A stretch of DNA of 59,449 nucleotides, filler included, from Sphacelaria rigidula (Eukaryota): assembly GCA_964200075.2 (NCBI GenBank). It is 8 parts of 8 records of this genome, joined end to end, with 100 filler letters (N's around TTAATTAATTAA, not from the genome) between each part and the next. Parts side by side here need not be neighbours in the genome. Positions count along the whole stretch, not along the records: positions 22,333 to 29,676 come from CAXNAA020015338.1; positions 29,777 to 37,120 come from CAXNAA020015339.1; positions 37,221 to 44,563 come from CAXNAA020015340.1; 5 more parts are not named here. One strand, 5' to 3'. Of this stretch, positions 24,973-38,238 are shown one piece after another; within the stretch, counting starts at the first letter, position 1; every line of letters starts with the position of its first letter. The notes below the pieces were generated by a model. That model was not told the origin of the DNA and did no database searches. It was given only the letters and a program-made list of their open reading frames with translations. Made by a program: the position numbers and the translations under genes.

Positions 24973-27900
24973 TGGCCTATGTTCGACGAAGTTTGCCGTA
25001 CCGCGGTGAACCCACTTCCCATGCGTTCGTTGTTGCCCTGATCTCGGGTTGGCCCTCGATTTGTGCAGAGTGTACAAACAGTCGTTCCGCTGCATGCCGA
25101 ATTCGGTCTGCCAAGAACGGGGGTGGGGTCGAAGTGCTGTCCAAACACTATCAGTGTAAATAATCGTCACGTTACCGACGTGCAGCTGTCTGTGGCGTCT
25201 TCTCTGGTACTTTAATTATTGATGAGCGCTGTGATAGGGGAAAACACGCAACGCGGGCGCGTGCAGGTTGGGGCAAACAAACTGAAGCAGCACGGAGCTG
25301 CTGTTTCCTCGGGTTGATGGCAGCAGGTGTTCGTCTCGCGGAGGCGCCACGTGTCGGCCAATCAACGCTATTTTTCTACTCCTGTTCCACTTGTTTTTCT
25401 CACGCATATGAAAGAAAAATCCTCGCATCTCGTCGTTTCTCAATGCTTTGATTAATCTGAGAAACTTCCCAGTTTTGAGTGTTGCCTTCATGTGCGGGCC
25501 GAAAGCCAAACAACAGAGATGAGGTTATTCGATGAAAACCTACACTACAGAGATGAGGTTTTTCGTGCGTTTTTTTCAACAAAGAATTGACGCCTCTCAT
25601 TGAAAATGAGGTCAGTTTGGAGTAGAAGATCGAAGACAAGCACTTATTTGTTGTGCTCGAATTATATGCGCGCATAAAAAGCGAGAGTCGGTAGGCCACG
25701 CCGTGTTCGTCTGGACCGCCACACGCTCCCTACCGTCCCGCTATAAACTCCATGCTGTTACCCTCGCGTCAGTTACAGTTGAAAGACGAAGACGTAACAT
25801 GCACGTTGATTCAGTGGTTGAGAACCGTTACAATATGATGTTGAGACTATTCACACCCTAAAGCCCAATCCGCCTTCCGCCGCCACCCCAGGACATGGTG
25901 AGTCTCGTCCTGTGTAACGGTTACCATCGCGCCGCGGCTTATTTCGGCATCTTGGGGCGTCGGTTGGAGAGGAGCGGTGGCGCTCGGACACCATGAAGAC
26001 ATGATGACGAATATGAGGCGAACGCGAACGTCTTCAGCGCACTAAACATGACCGTGGACGTCCTCTTACTCGGCCAGTACAATCATGACGTCTTCATCAA
26101 CGCGAGTATTGCTCTTAACCACGGAACCACCGCGACACAACAATCGAAACCGCTCCGTATATAAGGATGCAGCTGCGCCGACACCACGTACGTTTTTTTT
26201 CCCGCATACCAAAGTGACACGACGAATACTTAACTTTCATATGCGCGTCAGGGAAAACGGCAGGGCCAACGACGACATCCGGACGGGGTGCAAGCTGTTT
26301 TCGGAAATGACGGATGAAACGGGTCGCCAGTATGTTTCGACCCTGGCATGAGTGGCATCTTCCTCGCCGTGCGTGAAGTTGCTGACGACCTACTTCGACG
26401 AGAAATTGGACAGCCCTCCACACACATTTTTCAGCATCAGCAGGTTTCACAAGGTATCGCACACCCCGGGTACGCGGGTTTTTGCAGCAACGAGCCGCCG
26501 AGAATTTGACCGTGAGTAACCCAAAACCACCGCAGCGAAATACGGTGGCGGGGGTGAACAAGATGTGTGTGAAGTTTGAGTTCTTTGAAGCCATCCATTT
26601 TATCCACAGGAATACTTGTTCGAAGGGTGACAGCATCCCGCGATCATCCCGCCCATCGCGAGGGGAGGTCTGACACAACTTGTGGCACCGCAGTTTCCTG
26701 ACCATAACTTGTGCTCCGCGCATTTGCAGGAGCTTCCGAACGAGAACGAAATATGCCACCATATTCCACCCGCACTGCTGCACGACATCATCTCGACCAT
26801 ACAGTCGTCAAGACCGTATACGCATGTGGTAGATATTAAAACACGGGAGAGGAGATTCCGTTTGCCGCACTCAATATTCACAGACCCAAAACACGCAAAT
26901 AAAATAGCCGCCCCCCCACGTCGAGCGTACAATCCAGATCTCCCTTCACGCCCGACAATCGTTGAACGTTGTGCGACGATTACGAGAAGATGATGACACG
27001 TATCGCATTAGCGGTGTTGAGGGTTTGGAGTTCTGGGGCGCACGACCCGAAATCGATACCATCTTTCACACTAACCGTCTCCGTCATGACTACGACCCGT
27101 GCAGACCGCAGAAGCCCTGCGTGGAGTGATACGTGGTGTGGGGGAGTTTTTTTTCATTCGCTGGGCGCTGAAACACCAGCCGAGAGACGGCGGCGTCCTG
27201 AAACCCGATCTGACCACGGGACGAAGAGAAGATATGTTGTCATATGCTCGTCAACTCGGAATAGCCAGGCAGGCTCTAGTGTTGGCCCTGAATAATAAAG
27301 GAGCATGCGGCAAGGTAAGACGACTGAGAGGACATGAGTGGATGAAGTACGGTGTCTGACCATGCCGGCATCAGGTGAACAGTTGGAGGCCTGAAAGCTT
27401 CGGTGATGCAGACGAGAGACAACCCCCCCCGGTCTCCGGCAACCATATTCCTACCCCTGAACATAATTATCCCGAACTCCTTTCTACACGGAGAGGGGCG
27501 GCAACGACGTGCGTGTGCGGGAGGGCGCGTCGTTACCGCGCCGCAAGATGTGATCGTTCCAAGTAGTGATGAACAAAGGGAGAACACCCTCTCCACAAGA
27601 CTGCTGCCCGCACGTTCGCACGTCGTGTTCGATGTAGAGGCAGGCATGATTGTACCCAGTCTTTTGCAGGGTACGATTCAAGGTATGCCCGAGGTACTTG
27701 AACGGATAGGTTGCGTACCCGACAGGTATCCATCGTAACGAAATTTCATAGCGGCACCTGACTGTCCCGGAAAGTCCACCAGATTTGCATCCTTCTCCCG
27801 TTAGTCCCGAGAGTCCTACCCTCCCTGTCATTGACCGAGCACGTTTTCGGGGGGCGGGCGGAGTAGTTTCTTAACCAGATCCCTGGTCGCGGGTACCGTT

Positions 27901-29676
27901 TCCCGTGCAACCCCCGTACCCTTCCGGCGTTTTTTGTGGGTTTTGCAAGCCCCCCCCGCCCCTCCCTCCTCCCGCGCACTTGAGGCATTCCTGTGAGCAC
28001 AATAAAATCACATCACAGCTGGTGCGCGCACAAGCATATACTTCGTGAAGGGAACGACACGGGGTCAATCAGGCGCAGGTACCGGTACAGAGATATGAGT
28101 AGGGCAGGTGTGGATACAGAATGACGGACAGCACAACGTTATGACGTCAGCATGCACCACCCGCGTCATCAACCGACCTTACAAATTCGTTAAACACTAC
28201 TGCATATTTGTATGCCAGTAACCTCACCGACAATGGTGTTCGATTTATGCTCCAAACGTGGTCTTTATGTTCAATCATGGTCATGAGGTCCGAAAAGGAT
28301 TCCATTTTCGACCGGATACAGACCCACCAATCACTTCTAAACTGACAGTTCTATACTGTGGTGAGTATCAGTGAAAAACATTGTTCATACGACAGGGGGG
28401 GTACATTTGGCCACCTCTTGCGCGAAATTCTAGTCAAATCGTGTTCGAAAGCAGGAACGGTTGCTCGAACAAGTTTGCTAAAAGGGATAACGCTCATTCT
28501 TGCCGATAGTCTTAGTTTTGAACAAAATACTGGCGTATCGCCAGAGTGGCAGGGGGTCTGACAAACTTTGTTACCCTGTTCATTCGTGCAAGTGAATACC
28601 CCCACCCTTCCCACCCCCCTCCCCCCATCCTATTGCAGGGTGACTGAAACGTTCCGGGATATGAAGGTTTTCAGACCCGCGATTGATGATGGCGAATATT
28701 TCGCCCTGACCAACGAAACACGCCAGCATTCCCACCATCGTGCCAGCCCCTGAGTTAAAGGATAATGCTCGATTATGTTCCTTAGGAGGCACTGATGCTC
28801 GACTTGCTAATTGCGGAAATGCTGCGCCGGCTATGCTCCGTGCTGAAGCGCTCTGCTCTCATCCTACTTGCTGAAACGCTGTGCTTGCGTAATAATGCAA
28901 AGTGTTTACGGCACGAGCAATTATCCGATGGTATTATATTCATTATTTTGGAATCCGACGTGAAATAGCGCGGTGCAAACGGGAAAAGAAAACACGAGCA
29001 GCAGCGCCGATCGTCTGGATGGATGTTCCCGGACTTTGGTGGCCGCTCAAGCGAAGGCGGCTCATTATTATGAACTTCTGGCTAAACGCCTTGGAGAAAG
29101 CAGCCTCAGTCCACCCTTGCCCTGATGTTCTCACGAACAGAGGCTCAAGATGTGCGAGCTATAGGTTGCAAAGCGCTCAGCAGAATGCAGTAAATCAATA
29201 CAGACCCAATACTGTGACCACAGCAGTAATTGAATCCAGGTGTCCACACAAACAAAATAGATTATCTCTTTCTAATTCACAATACGAACCGGAGCCAGCA
29301 GTTTCCCCAACACCACAACTCTCCAGTCAGGACTCACTTGGAACTCAGAGCAACGGCGGCAAGGCTGATGTTATCCTGGGCCCTCGAAGATGGGGGAGGT
29401 CGTATCTCGATTTCCAACGTCGAAAATCAAACAGAAACAGTGATGAGTCATGGTATCCGGAAAACCTGAACCATACCTGCCGATCCAGCATTTTTTTTGT
29501 AACTTTGACTAGTGTACTGCTTTCGGCACCGGTCAAAGGTACGGTTCAAAAAAACGTTCGGGACCGAAAACCACATTTTCCACTGCTGTACTGGCGCCTA
29601 CGTCGTCTAGTCTCGTGGACTGCCGGACAGCGGAACCGGCTCACTTAAGTCGCACAACCACTCGTGTTTATCCACC

Positions 29677-29776
29677 NNNNNNNNNNNNNNNNNNNNNNNN
29701 NNNNNNNNNNNNNNNNNNNNTTAATTAATTAANNNNNNNNNNNNNNNNNNNNNNNNNNNNNNNNNNNNNNNNNNNN
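29677..29776. other. Artificial contig linker
   Basis: N44-TTAATTAATTAA-N44. Confidence 0.98.
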
Positions 29777-30048
29777 CAATGGTCACACGACCAAGGCAAG
29801 CAACGAATGAGCACGCCCCTCCCCCTCCCCTCCCCTCCCCCTTCAAAAACGTGTTTTTAAACGCATTGAGAAGCACCTCCCCGCGCGCGCGCAATGCTAT
29901 GCTTCGACCCGAAAAGGATGCGAGATCATTGGTCAAAAGACTGAAGGAAGTAACAAATGAGTACCCCCACCCGCTCCGTCTCGAAAGGGATGCGTGGTCA
30001 CTGGCCAAACGACTAAAGCAAGCAACAAATGAGTACCCGCCCCCCCCC
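29777..30048 (+). repeat. Three clustered LINE 3'-end mini-copies, subfamily A
   Basis: Copies at 29777-29820, about 29899-29970 and 29973-30048, each ending ATGAG(T/C)AC plus a C-run. CCCCGCGCGCGC flanks the last two on both sides. Confidence 0.8.
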
Positions 30049-30266
30049 GCGCGCGCACACGCCCGTCTTCCCCCCATGTGGGAGAAAGCAGAAGGTCGGG
30101 ATGTGGTGCCGGTTTTGAATTAACTTGAGCAATCAGTAGCAGTCATGATTTCTAGATTATCCACAAAGCTAATTCACACGCAAGCTTGTCGACTTGTTTG
30201 CATATAACAGCATGGTCATCGACTGCCGCCCTTCACGAAGGTCGCCTGCACACACTCCCTACCTTA

Positions 30267-32708
30267 CGGTAAAATAACACCACATGTGCCTGTTGTATCT
30301 CGCCTGCAATTTCTTGTCTGCCTCCGCCCGCAAGGCGGTTCGCGAATCGGCCTTCTTCGAGACGTTCGCCGCGGAGAGCCCCCTGCTGTTATTGTTCAGC
30401 ACGCCCCTATTGACCTCACGCACGTCCTGCCCTCCACCACCCCCTCCCTCACCCACCGCCCCACCGTCACTTCTGACAGCAGCTGCACCACGTCCTACGG
30501 TGTTGGCGGTATCTGTGCTTGCAGTATTTCCGCGTGTGCCGCTTGTATCGCATGGTTTTTCATCACGTTTCGGATTCTGGAAATGAGGCCCACCCTCGGT
30601 TGAGGATGAGTTCGGCTGTTGGAGAAGCGTAAATGTCGGTGCGGCGGGGATGGCTGAGTAGTTGTGTTTGAGGGCTGTCCCTCATAGGTTGGTGACGTTA
30701 ATCAAAGGCCTTTGACTCAAGTATGAGGCAGAGCCCTCTGTCATCATCGAAAAAAGGCCCTACTCGAAATGACAGGTTGTGCGATCAATCAGTGCAACAG
30801 ACAGGCACTTCAGGGAGAAAACCGGGCAAGATATTGCCAATCGGACGTGATCGTAAACGTAATTTGTTTCCTCAAGATGATGCTTCAAGTTTCTACCGCT
30901 TTCATTACTACACGCCTGGAGGGATTTCCATCGATGATGAACCAGGTGAAAGTTTACACTCTTTCAAGTGACAGTTCATGCCAAAATTATGGATTTGCGA
31001 GCATCTGCAGTACGTGCAGCTCCGCAGAATTGCACGTGCTGCTTTTACTTCGTTCACCTCGATCTCGAGCGCCTGTGTGTAGGTTTTGTGCAATACTTGG
31101 GGTTGCAAAAGGGTGGCCTCTCCCTCTTCCTTTTGTGAGGCTGGATGTGCTTTCTCCTCCGCCGTTGCGCATAGCTCCTCCTGGGACGGTATCAGTTCAA
31201 GTACTCCAAGGCACGTTAGCTTGGAAGATGACGCCTTCCGCACAAAATCTATCTCCTTGAGATCGTAGCCTGCCAGCAGTTTCCTGAGCATGCTCTTGAA
31301 GTCAGCCTGTTTTTGCGTTTGTCGTCATATCTCGGGAAATGAGTTGCCCGCCCACCCCCTCTCCGTGTTCCGTTTCGCAAGGGATATATGGCCAAAGGTC
31401 AAACGATTAAGGTGAGCAACAAATGAGTAAGCTCCCCCCCCCCTCCCTGTGTACGGTAGAGTGAAGGGGAGAAGACGTGCAACTTCTTGCGCACTGAGAC
31501 AAGAATGTTGTGCTCCCACAATAACCAAATAATACTATTCGGCACTATTGAACAGAAGCAGGGTTGAAATCTTTGTGAGGACCAAGCTAAAGCTTTGCAC
31601 ATGTACCAAACATGTTATCGTGAGATCTTTTACATCTGTCCTCTTTGTTAGATGTGAAGGAATCAATATCACCAAAACCTTCACGCTTGGGGTGGACTGC
31701 ATGGATAGCTGTGAATGCCCCCCGGACACTGCTGCATGTTCGATAGTAATGTGCGCGTTCGTTCATGCGGGGGGTGTTTCTACTACCGATGTTCAGCAAC
31801 ACTTGAAACTCGATACACATACATACTTGACTCTTTGTTTCCTACGGTCTGCCTTTCATCATACCTTTCTCGTAAAGGTTTGAAGGCACATGCTTACCTT
31901 TCCCAGTTCTAGTATTAGTTCCACCTCCATCAGTCTCATAGGATCCGTCCTGCTCAGTATGGTTATTAGCCAGGACCGCACTTGCTCCTGCACAAGCCAC
32001 TCGCGCACTCCCAGTGGGGGAAGCTTCGGCACTGCTGCATCCTGTCGATCGCCACGGCCGCCGCCGCCGCCGCCGCCGCTTAAGGGGATCGCATCCAAGA
32101 ATGTTTTAGCTACCGACAGGAGGTCCGTTTCCCACCAGGATTCGCCTTTTAATCGACACATGATTCCATTTTTCAGGCCGCACACAGCCCGTCGTATGTG
32201 CAGGGGAAAAGGGTAAACACGTAGAATTTCCGGGTTTTCTTCGGAAGGAAAGCTAGTGCGTTTCATATCCCTACTAGACCGTCAGCCAGTGAGCGGACCT
32301 CGAGAAATTATTCCGATGAGTACAGCTCAAATTAAATGCCCCGACTTTTTCAGCAATGTTCGTTGCTTACACACGACATTCTGCCACGGACGCCTGCCTC
32401 TCTTGCGCAACTTATCATATCTCCTGCAGTCCATCGCCTCCCGCTTTTTCAATGACCACGAAGAATAACACTCGGTGGCCTTATGAGCCTACATGCACAG
32501 GACGACCAGGTAGCATGCATTTATTGTCTTTCCTGTGTGACTGAGAATTTCTACTCACATTGTAGAAAGTTGTTGCTGGTTCTCATCTTTTCTTTTTGTC
32601 ATGGTGCTCCTCAATGATCAAGTTGGCATACACGCAAATCTGGGCAAAATCTGGAAGGTGTGGGAGAAGTCGATACGCATGTTCCACGGCAGAGACGCGA
32701 GGCACCCT
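30267..32708 (-). pseudogene. Decayed multi-exon coding remnant of unknown function
   Basis: Protein-like ORF stretches (31859-32266, 30908-31291, 30259-30456), several ending at GTAAG/GTGAG donors, broken by stops and a LINE mini-insertion. No domain recognised. Confidence 0.3.
31364..31445 (+). repeat. LINE 3'-end mini-copy, subfamily A
   Basis: GTGTTCCGTTTCGCAAGGGAT..GCAACAAATGAGTAAG plus a C-run. Imperfect TSD CCCCCTCTCCGTGT / CCCCCTCCCTGTGT. Confidence 0.7.
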
Positions 32709-35397
32709 ATGCAAAGTATCGACGATGCGGGGCCGAGTCAAATCGACCAGAGATGAGTGGAGTAAGCGGGGTTAAACACGAAAACTGATACTACCCGTGT
32801 CTTCTCTCATCGATTGTTGACTCTTCCTTGGCTTGTGGCAGTGTGGTGTTCCTGGTTGTGCCCCTGTACATCTTGTACTCCATCCTTGGGTTTCATCGCC
32901 TCCATATTCTTCCTCTATCTCTCTCTACTACTATCGCGGTATTTTTCCCCTCAGTGTTATGCGGTAGCTGTTTGGTGCCTTGCTTCCGATCATGGGTGAG
33001 AGCGTATGCCCAAGTAGTGTGATCGCTGAACCGCCGTCTGCTCTCTCGACCTTTTTGTTCTGTTCTGCGTACGGGTTCATGTGTTTTTCTGCGTGCGGCC
33101 TTTTCCCCCTCGCCTGAAGTCATGCTGCAGGGGTCGGCTATTCGTGGTTTCATCTCTTTGTTACATATATATATATGTGTATATGTATATTCCATCGATA
33201 TCGTTTTGTTTCTAATTATTTTCCTTTCTTATGGTTTCGTTTCGATTCGTTTCGTTTCGTTTCGTGTCTTTCCCCGGGTTTGATATCGTTTTCTGCGCGC
33301 GTTTGCTTTCTTGCTTTTGCTTCTTTTTTTCTCTCAGTTTACTCCGTTCGTTGTATCTTTGCGTTTTTTTTCACTCGTCTTCTTTGTTTTAACGAGTACT
33401 TCTGTTATGTTTACCTTGCGTACGTCTGTCTCATGGATAATGACCATGGCTAGGTCCCTCGGGAAGCAGTTAACCCTTTGACTACCATTGACTGCTGACA
33501 ACCAAGGAGTCTGATCGCGGGTACCCGTTAGCTGCTGCATAGCCACATCATGGGAAATCACCACGATGGAACGCTTTCGGCCGGACGCTCATTCTGTGAT
33601 ATGTAACATGAACGGGCCACGAAGAAAAAGTGTGCCCTTACCCTGTACTTACATGGTAAATTGAAGCGATAGCAGTCGTCGTAAAATTGACAATCTTGCC
33701 ATCTGGTGGTAGGACATTACCGCGGATAGAAGGGAAGTCTTCGCGACCACCATATGTAGCTTGACGTGACTGCACGAATGATGTAATTCTGTGCAGCAGC
33801 GACGAGTGTATTTGTTGAACATATTACATAGTTCACGGCAAGCACCGTGTGGTCTGTGCCTATCGCTACTGTCAAATGCTGGCCAAACAATCATGGACGG
33901 CTTGGGTCGGAAGCCAGAGCACGCTTTTAATCAATAAATAGGAATGCATAATCAGCAAAGAGATCCGCGCTTGTTTGGCTTACTTAAAAACACAGAATAC
34001 GGCAGACAAGGAATTCTCAAGGGCGCTAAGAGCAGTCGCTGGCAACCGCTATAGAAGTACACGGCCGTCCCTCCACCCACTGCGTACGCTTCCACCACCG
34101 GCTACTCGGGTTAAAGGGTGTAGTAGATGAAAGTGTTGCTGTGTGGACTACTCTTCGGGTGTTGACAACCCTCTCCCTCGTTGATACACGCGTTACTTTC
34201 CTCGTGCAAAGCATATGACAGTCTTTGTGGGCTCTAGGCTATTCTGTGTAGATTCACCGGCCGCCAGGGACGCCTCAGGAGAGGCTGGCGCGAGCATCAC
34301 TTTCGCTGTACCACAGTTAAATTACTGATCCTTTAACATTACTTGGCTGACTCCCAATGTGCACTTAACCGCCTGTACACACACGGTTTACAGCAGTTGC
34401 GAGACCTGGGCGGACGCTTTCCACCCTCTATAGTTTATCCATTGACGCTGCGTGATGGCCATTCTCAGTCGGTCGGCGAGCAATATGCCCATGGAATTGA
34501 TATAGTCCCAACCAAATAATATTGGCGATGCTGTATTGTCTGCATGTCCACACGCGGTTGTTTGCGCCGTGGTAGTTCAATGGTTAATGCGTGACAATAA
34601 ATAAATCAGGCTTTGATCTGCATCTGAACATGGTCGGGACCACTGTGCTGCCGTGTACTATTCAATGCTGTGCTGTAATCTAATCTGCATATACCCAGCA
34701 GAACACACAGTGGCAGTGATACAACAGTACATAGTATAACGGCGGCATATCATCAGCGCAGTGAAGTAACGCACCAGTAAAGTAGTACGGTATGGGGTCC
34801 CACCTCATCATTCAGAAGTACCATACACTGCTAGATAAATAGTTTAGTATTGCGTTATATACCTATCGTTGGTGTGGCTTTTCTTATATTTTTTCTTCAG
34901 CGATTGGCTATACTTTATTCCTTCCTATTGGCTGTGCACGGCGTACAGCGGGAGTGGGTGTTCTCTCGCCGCGTCGGGTGTAAGTTGTTTCGTAATATTT
35001 CATGTTCATATTCTCGTTCTGGACCAATCAATATTTTCCTTAATTTCTCCTACAGGCAGAGAGATTTGCTTCCTGAAACGTATCATCAGCGGGTATGTTC
35101 TCCCTCCGACATCTCCGAGGTTTTTAATAGAAAACGAATATTCTTCGCCAAATGGGAGAGCAGTTCTCTTCACTAGGTCGGGCGATAGATGAATTCAGGA
35201 CTGACTGCACATTCCTCCGAAGATCTAGCATCAGGTTATTTTGTACATTTGTGTTCCCGGAGAAGTCGTTTTTTTTTCTTCAGAAAAAGTATAAAAAACC
35301 TGAAAATCTACTCCGTTATGTTATACCCCTGAGCAAAAAAACTGAGAGTGGGAACTTTATCAGGCATGTCGACGTCGTTGTTGATACATGAACCTAC

Positions 35398-35623
35398 CGG
35401 TTTCGTCGTTCATAAGGTAGGCCAGACCAGTTCCGGGGTCCATATGTCGCATCCACAGACCCCCACTCGGCTCTGCCATCTCATCATCCCCGTAATCTTG
35501 CGTCGCGTACGATTCCTCCGGCCAAGCCTCGCCTTCCGCATCCTCGCCAAATAACTCCATGATCGCATCGTGGCCGGCATCTCTTGCGTACTTCGCGGCC
35601 GTACAGTTGTAGTAGTCTTGCTC
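35398..35623 (-). CDS. Ankyrin-repeat/WW-domain protein, exon c
   Basis: AG acceptor, then EQDYYNCTAAKYARDAGHDAIMELF (ankyrin), an acidic linker and LWMRHMDPGTGLAYLMNDETG (WW first part), then a GTAGGT donor. In phase with exon b. Confidence 0.8.
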
Positions 35624-36068
35624 CTAATTGGGAGCGGTTGAGGTGAGCATGCGGAGAAATAGAGGAGATCAGCAGTTTAACGGATACTCCCCTTTTTGAA
35701 AACGATTCTAAGCTTAGGGCACGAGCTGGTGCTGTACGAGCAAATTATGTCCAGGCACATAGGTCAAGCAAACTAACGAACAACATGTATCGCTACATAT
35801 TACCCACTAGATATGAAGTTGATCATCGCACGTCGCGCTCCATGTCGCCCATGGGTCCACTCAAGGTAGCTGCAGGAATTAAGTACAACATAGCGTCTCT
35901 ACTTGGAAACCCGGGCTGATGTTCAGGACTATGCGCTGTACTGTCGAATAGTCATCAAGCTCGCACGAAAGGGGACAAGTATTACCGGAAAACAGTAGTT
36001 GGCTCCTCTTCAGGTCAATGTCGACCTCACTAAACTTGGAAGTGGTGACAGTCTGTCGATCGTCTTAC

Positions 36069-36317
36069 TTGCGGCTTTGCACCATGCTCCAACAGCATCG
36101 CGCACAGATCAACATCCCCCGAACTCGCGGCGTAGTGCAGCGGAGTGCAACCGTACGTTGTCTCCGCAACGCCAGGATCGGCCCCTTTCCACAGCAACGC
36201 CTCGGCGGCGTCTAACGACAGGGAGTCGGAGAAACACGTGTAATGTAGAGGGCAAATGCCCACCGCGTTTACTGCCAACGGATCTGCTCCTTTCGCGAGG
36301 ATAGGATCCACAAGATC
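36069..36317 (-). CDS. Ankyrin-repeat/WW-domain protein, exon b
   Basis: DLVDPILAKGADPLAVNAVGICPLHY...YGCTPLHYAASSGDVDLCAMLLEHGAKPQ; 83 codons between a ctag acceptor and a GTAAGA donor. Confidence 0.9.
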
Positions 36318-36604
36318 CTAGAGTTGTAAGGCAAGATATGGTAAAGGAGCGTTCGTGGCTCAAGAGCACGGATACCGCGGAAAATGGGAGTGTTGCTTGC
36401 AGTAGTAAGGTCCGCACGCTTCTTCCCCACGTATACGTAAGGAGGCACGGAGGGGTAGTAAAAAATAGACTGAAAGAAAGCGTCGAACTGTCACGGCAGT
36501 ACTCATGGGAATCTTCCCACCACTGCTGATGTGCAAGTATACCATAGTGATACCGCCCAACCGCGGCGCGCTGCATTCATTGGAAGTTGATGACAAAACT
36601 TCAC

Positions 36605-36788
36605 CTCGCAAGCATGTTGACAAGCAAGAATAAGGAGAGTGTTTCCCTCTTGATCTCGAACGTCGATGGTGCTCGGCCCAACGCTTGCGAGCGTAGCCTT
36701 GACCATTTGATCCATTGGTCCATCTCCGCCACCGTAGAAGGGGATAAGACCGAACAACGTCCTCATTGTGCTGTCCGAAATGTAGTGC
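36605..36788 (-). CDS. Ankyrin-repeat/WW-domain protein, exon a (upstream exons not identified)
   Basis: IDVRDQEGNTLLILACQHACE joins in phase 0 to exon b and completes an ankyrin repeat. acag acceptor, GTGAAG donor. Confidence 0.85.
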
Positions 36789-37037
36789 CTGTTCACAAAG
36801 TACGACGATGGCAGGCGGGGAAGGTTAACTTCGGAACGCACGCTCAATACCAAGCATAACTTCTGCTTGCACCAACATCAGTTATGCGTATGCGTAGACG
36901 GCCCAAATAGCTCTGGATTAACAAGCCTGCACCTTTCAAGCCAGGTAACTCATAATCGTTTTCCTTACCGGATTTCAGGCAGACCGAATACTTCATATGG
37001 TTTACCCAGCAGTATCGGGAGTGAAACAAAGTGTGTG

Positions 37038-37120
37038 CCCCCCCCCCTGGTCCGGCGAGACCCCGGCGTGCTCCGTCCCGGCTTTGTAGGGGCGGACCCC
37101 CGATGGGGTTGGCGTCGCTT
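37038..37120 (+). repeat. Dispersed repeat, subfamily C (cut by the contig end)
   Basis: Matches the reverse complement of 7885-7981. Confidence 0.7.
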
Positions 37121-37220
37121 NNNNNNNNNNNNNNNNNNNNNNNNNNNNNNNNNNNNNNNNNNNNTTAATTAATTAANNNNNNNNNNNNNNNNNNNNNNNN
37201 NNNNNNNNNNNNNNNNNNNN
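37121..37220. other. Artificial contig linker
   Basis: N44-TTAATTAATTAA-N44. Confidence 0.98.
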
Positions 37221-37444
37221 CATATGCTCTCGTCGAATTTCGTGTCATCGATCACCTCTACAATGTCACACAGGTATTGGGGGGGGGCGTTCCACTACTT
37301 GTATGACACCGCTGCGCGCCGGTGATCTAAGCAGAACAGGACACTCCAGCTACGGACGTCCAGAGCCGAAGCTCGTAAGAGCAGAGCGGCGCGTGCACCG
37401 CGCCAAGTTGACAGGGGGTTGCAGTGGGTTCGATTGCCACACTA

Positions 37445-37552
37445 GACACTTTCCATCATAGCCATCAGGAAAGCAAACATCAGGCGCTGTATGACCATTT
37501 TCTTCCTGACAGTTTTGGGCTGATTGTGGGGGGGGGCGATCGTAGAAAGACT
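37445..37552. mobile_element. Internally deleted MITE M1 copy
   Basis: GACACTTTCC..ATAGCC is joined to the last ~80 bp of the 11458-11724 element. Confidence 0.6.
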
Positions 37553-37935
37553 CACTACCTTGAGCAAAGTTTCCCGAACGCTCGCGGCGCCTACCACATA
37601 TGACTGCCGCGAGGTGATCTAGCCGAGCCTCCGGGTAATTGGCACACGAACCCATTCGCGGGGCAAGTGTTGGGTCAGGTTTCTCCTTCCTTGAAGGGGA
37701 ACAAAAATAGGTACGGAGGTAAAGAGTTCGGATCCCAATAGATACGCAATCAAAAAAGAGAAACCCGACAAATATTTTGTTCAAAAACAAAATCCCGACG
37801 AATACTTGAATAGAAAAAGAAATATGGTCCCGTCGTTGAGGTCATACAATGTACAGCAAGTTCTCTCCTTTTATTTTTTTCAAGCGGCAGAGCGTGCATC
37901 ACTATGCTAGTCTGCACGTTACAGCGATAAACTTA

Positions 37936-38111
37936 CGCTGTGTCTAGCACATGATATGTCGATCAAAACTATGCAGTGGAAACTATGATTCTGATCTGAT
38001 TGGTCGTGATTTCAACCACCATAATTTGTGTTGAAATCGCGATCTACCAGACCGGAACTCGTTTTTCATCGCACGTTTTCGATCGAAAAATTGATATGCG
38101 AAGACACAACC
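37936..38111. mobile_element. Tourist-like palindromic MITE, copy 2
   Basis: TGTGTCTAGCAC...GCGAAGACACA ends and the same internal palindrome as 14378-14569. Confidence 0.6.
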
Positions 38112-38238
38112 ATTCATCAGGTTAATTCGGGAAATGGAAAACGTTATCAAGTGCTAGAGAAATGCCCGCTGTAAGGCTGGCCCAAATCGTATATCCATTC
38201 CTCTTAGCGCCATATTGTCGTGTTAGTATCGGGATAAC

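Noticed and set aside
28902-29648. 248-aa ORF
   Set aside because: GTG start, no motif and no splice evidence; probably a chance ORF.
29777-30056. CRISPR-like repeat-spacer array
   Set aside because: The repeats are ~70 nt, divergent, irregularly spaced and dispersed elsewhere with TSDs. No cas genes, eukaryotic context.
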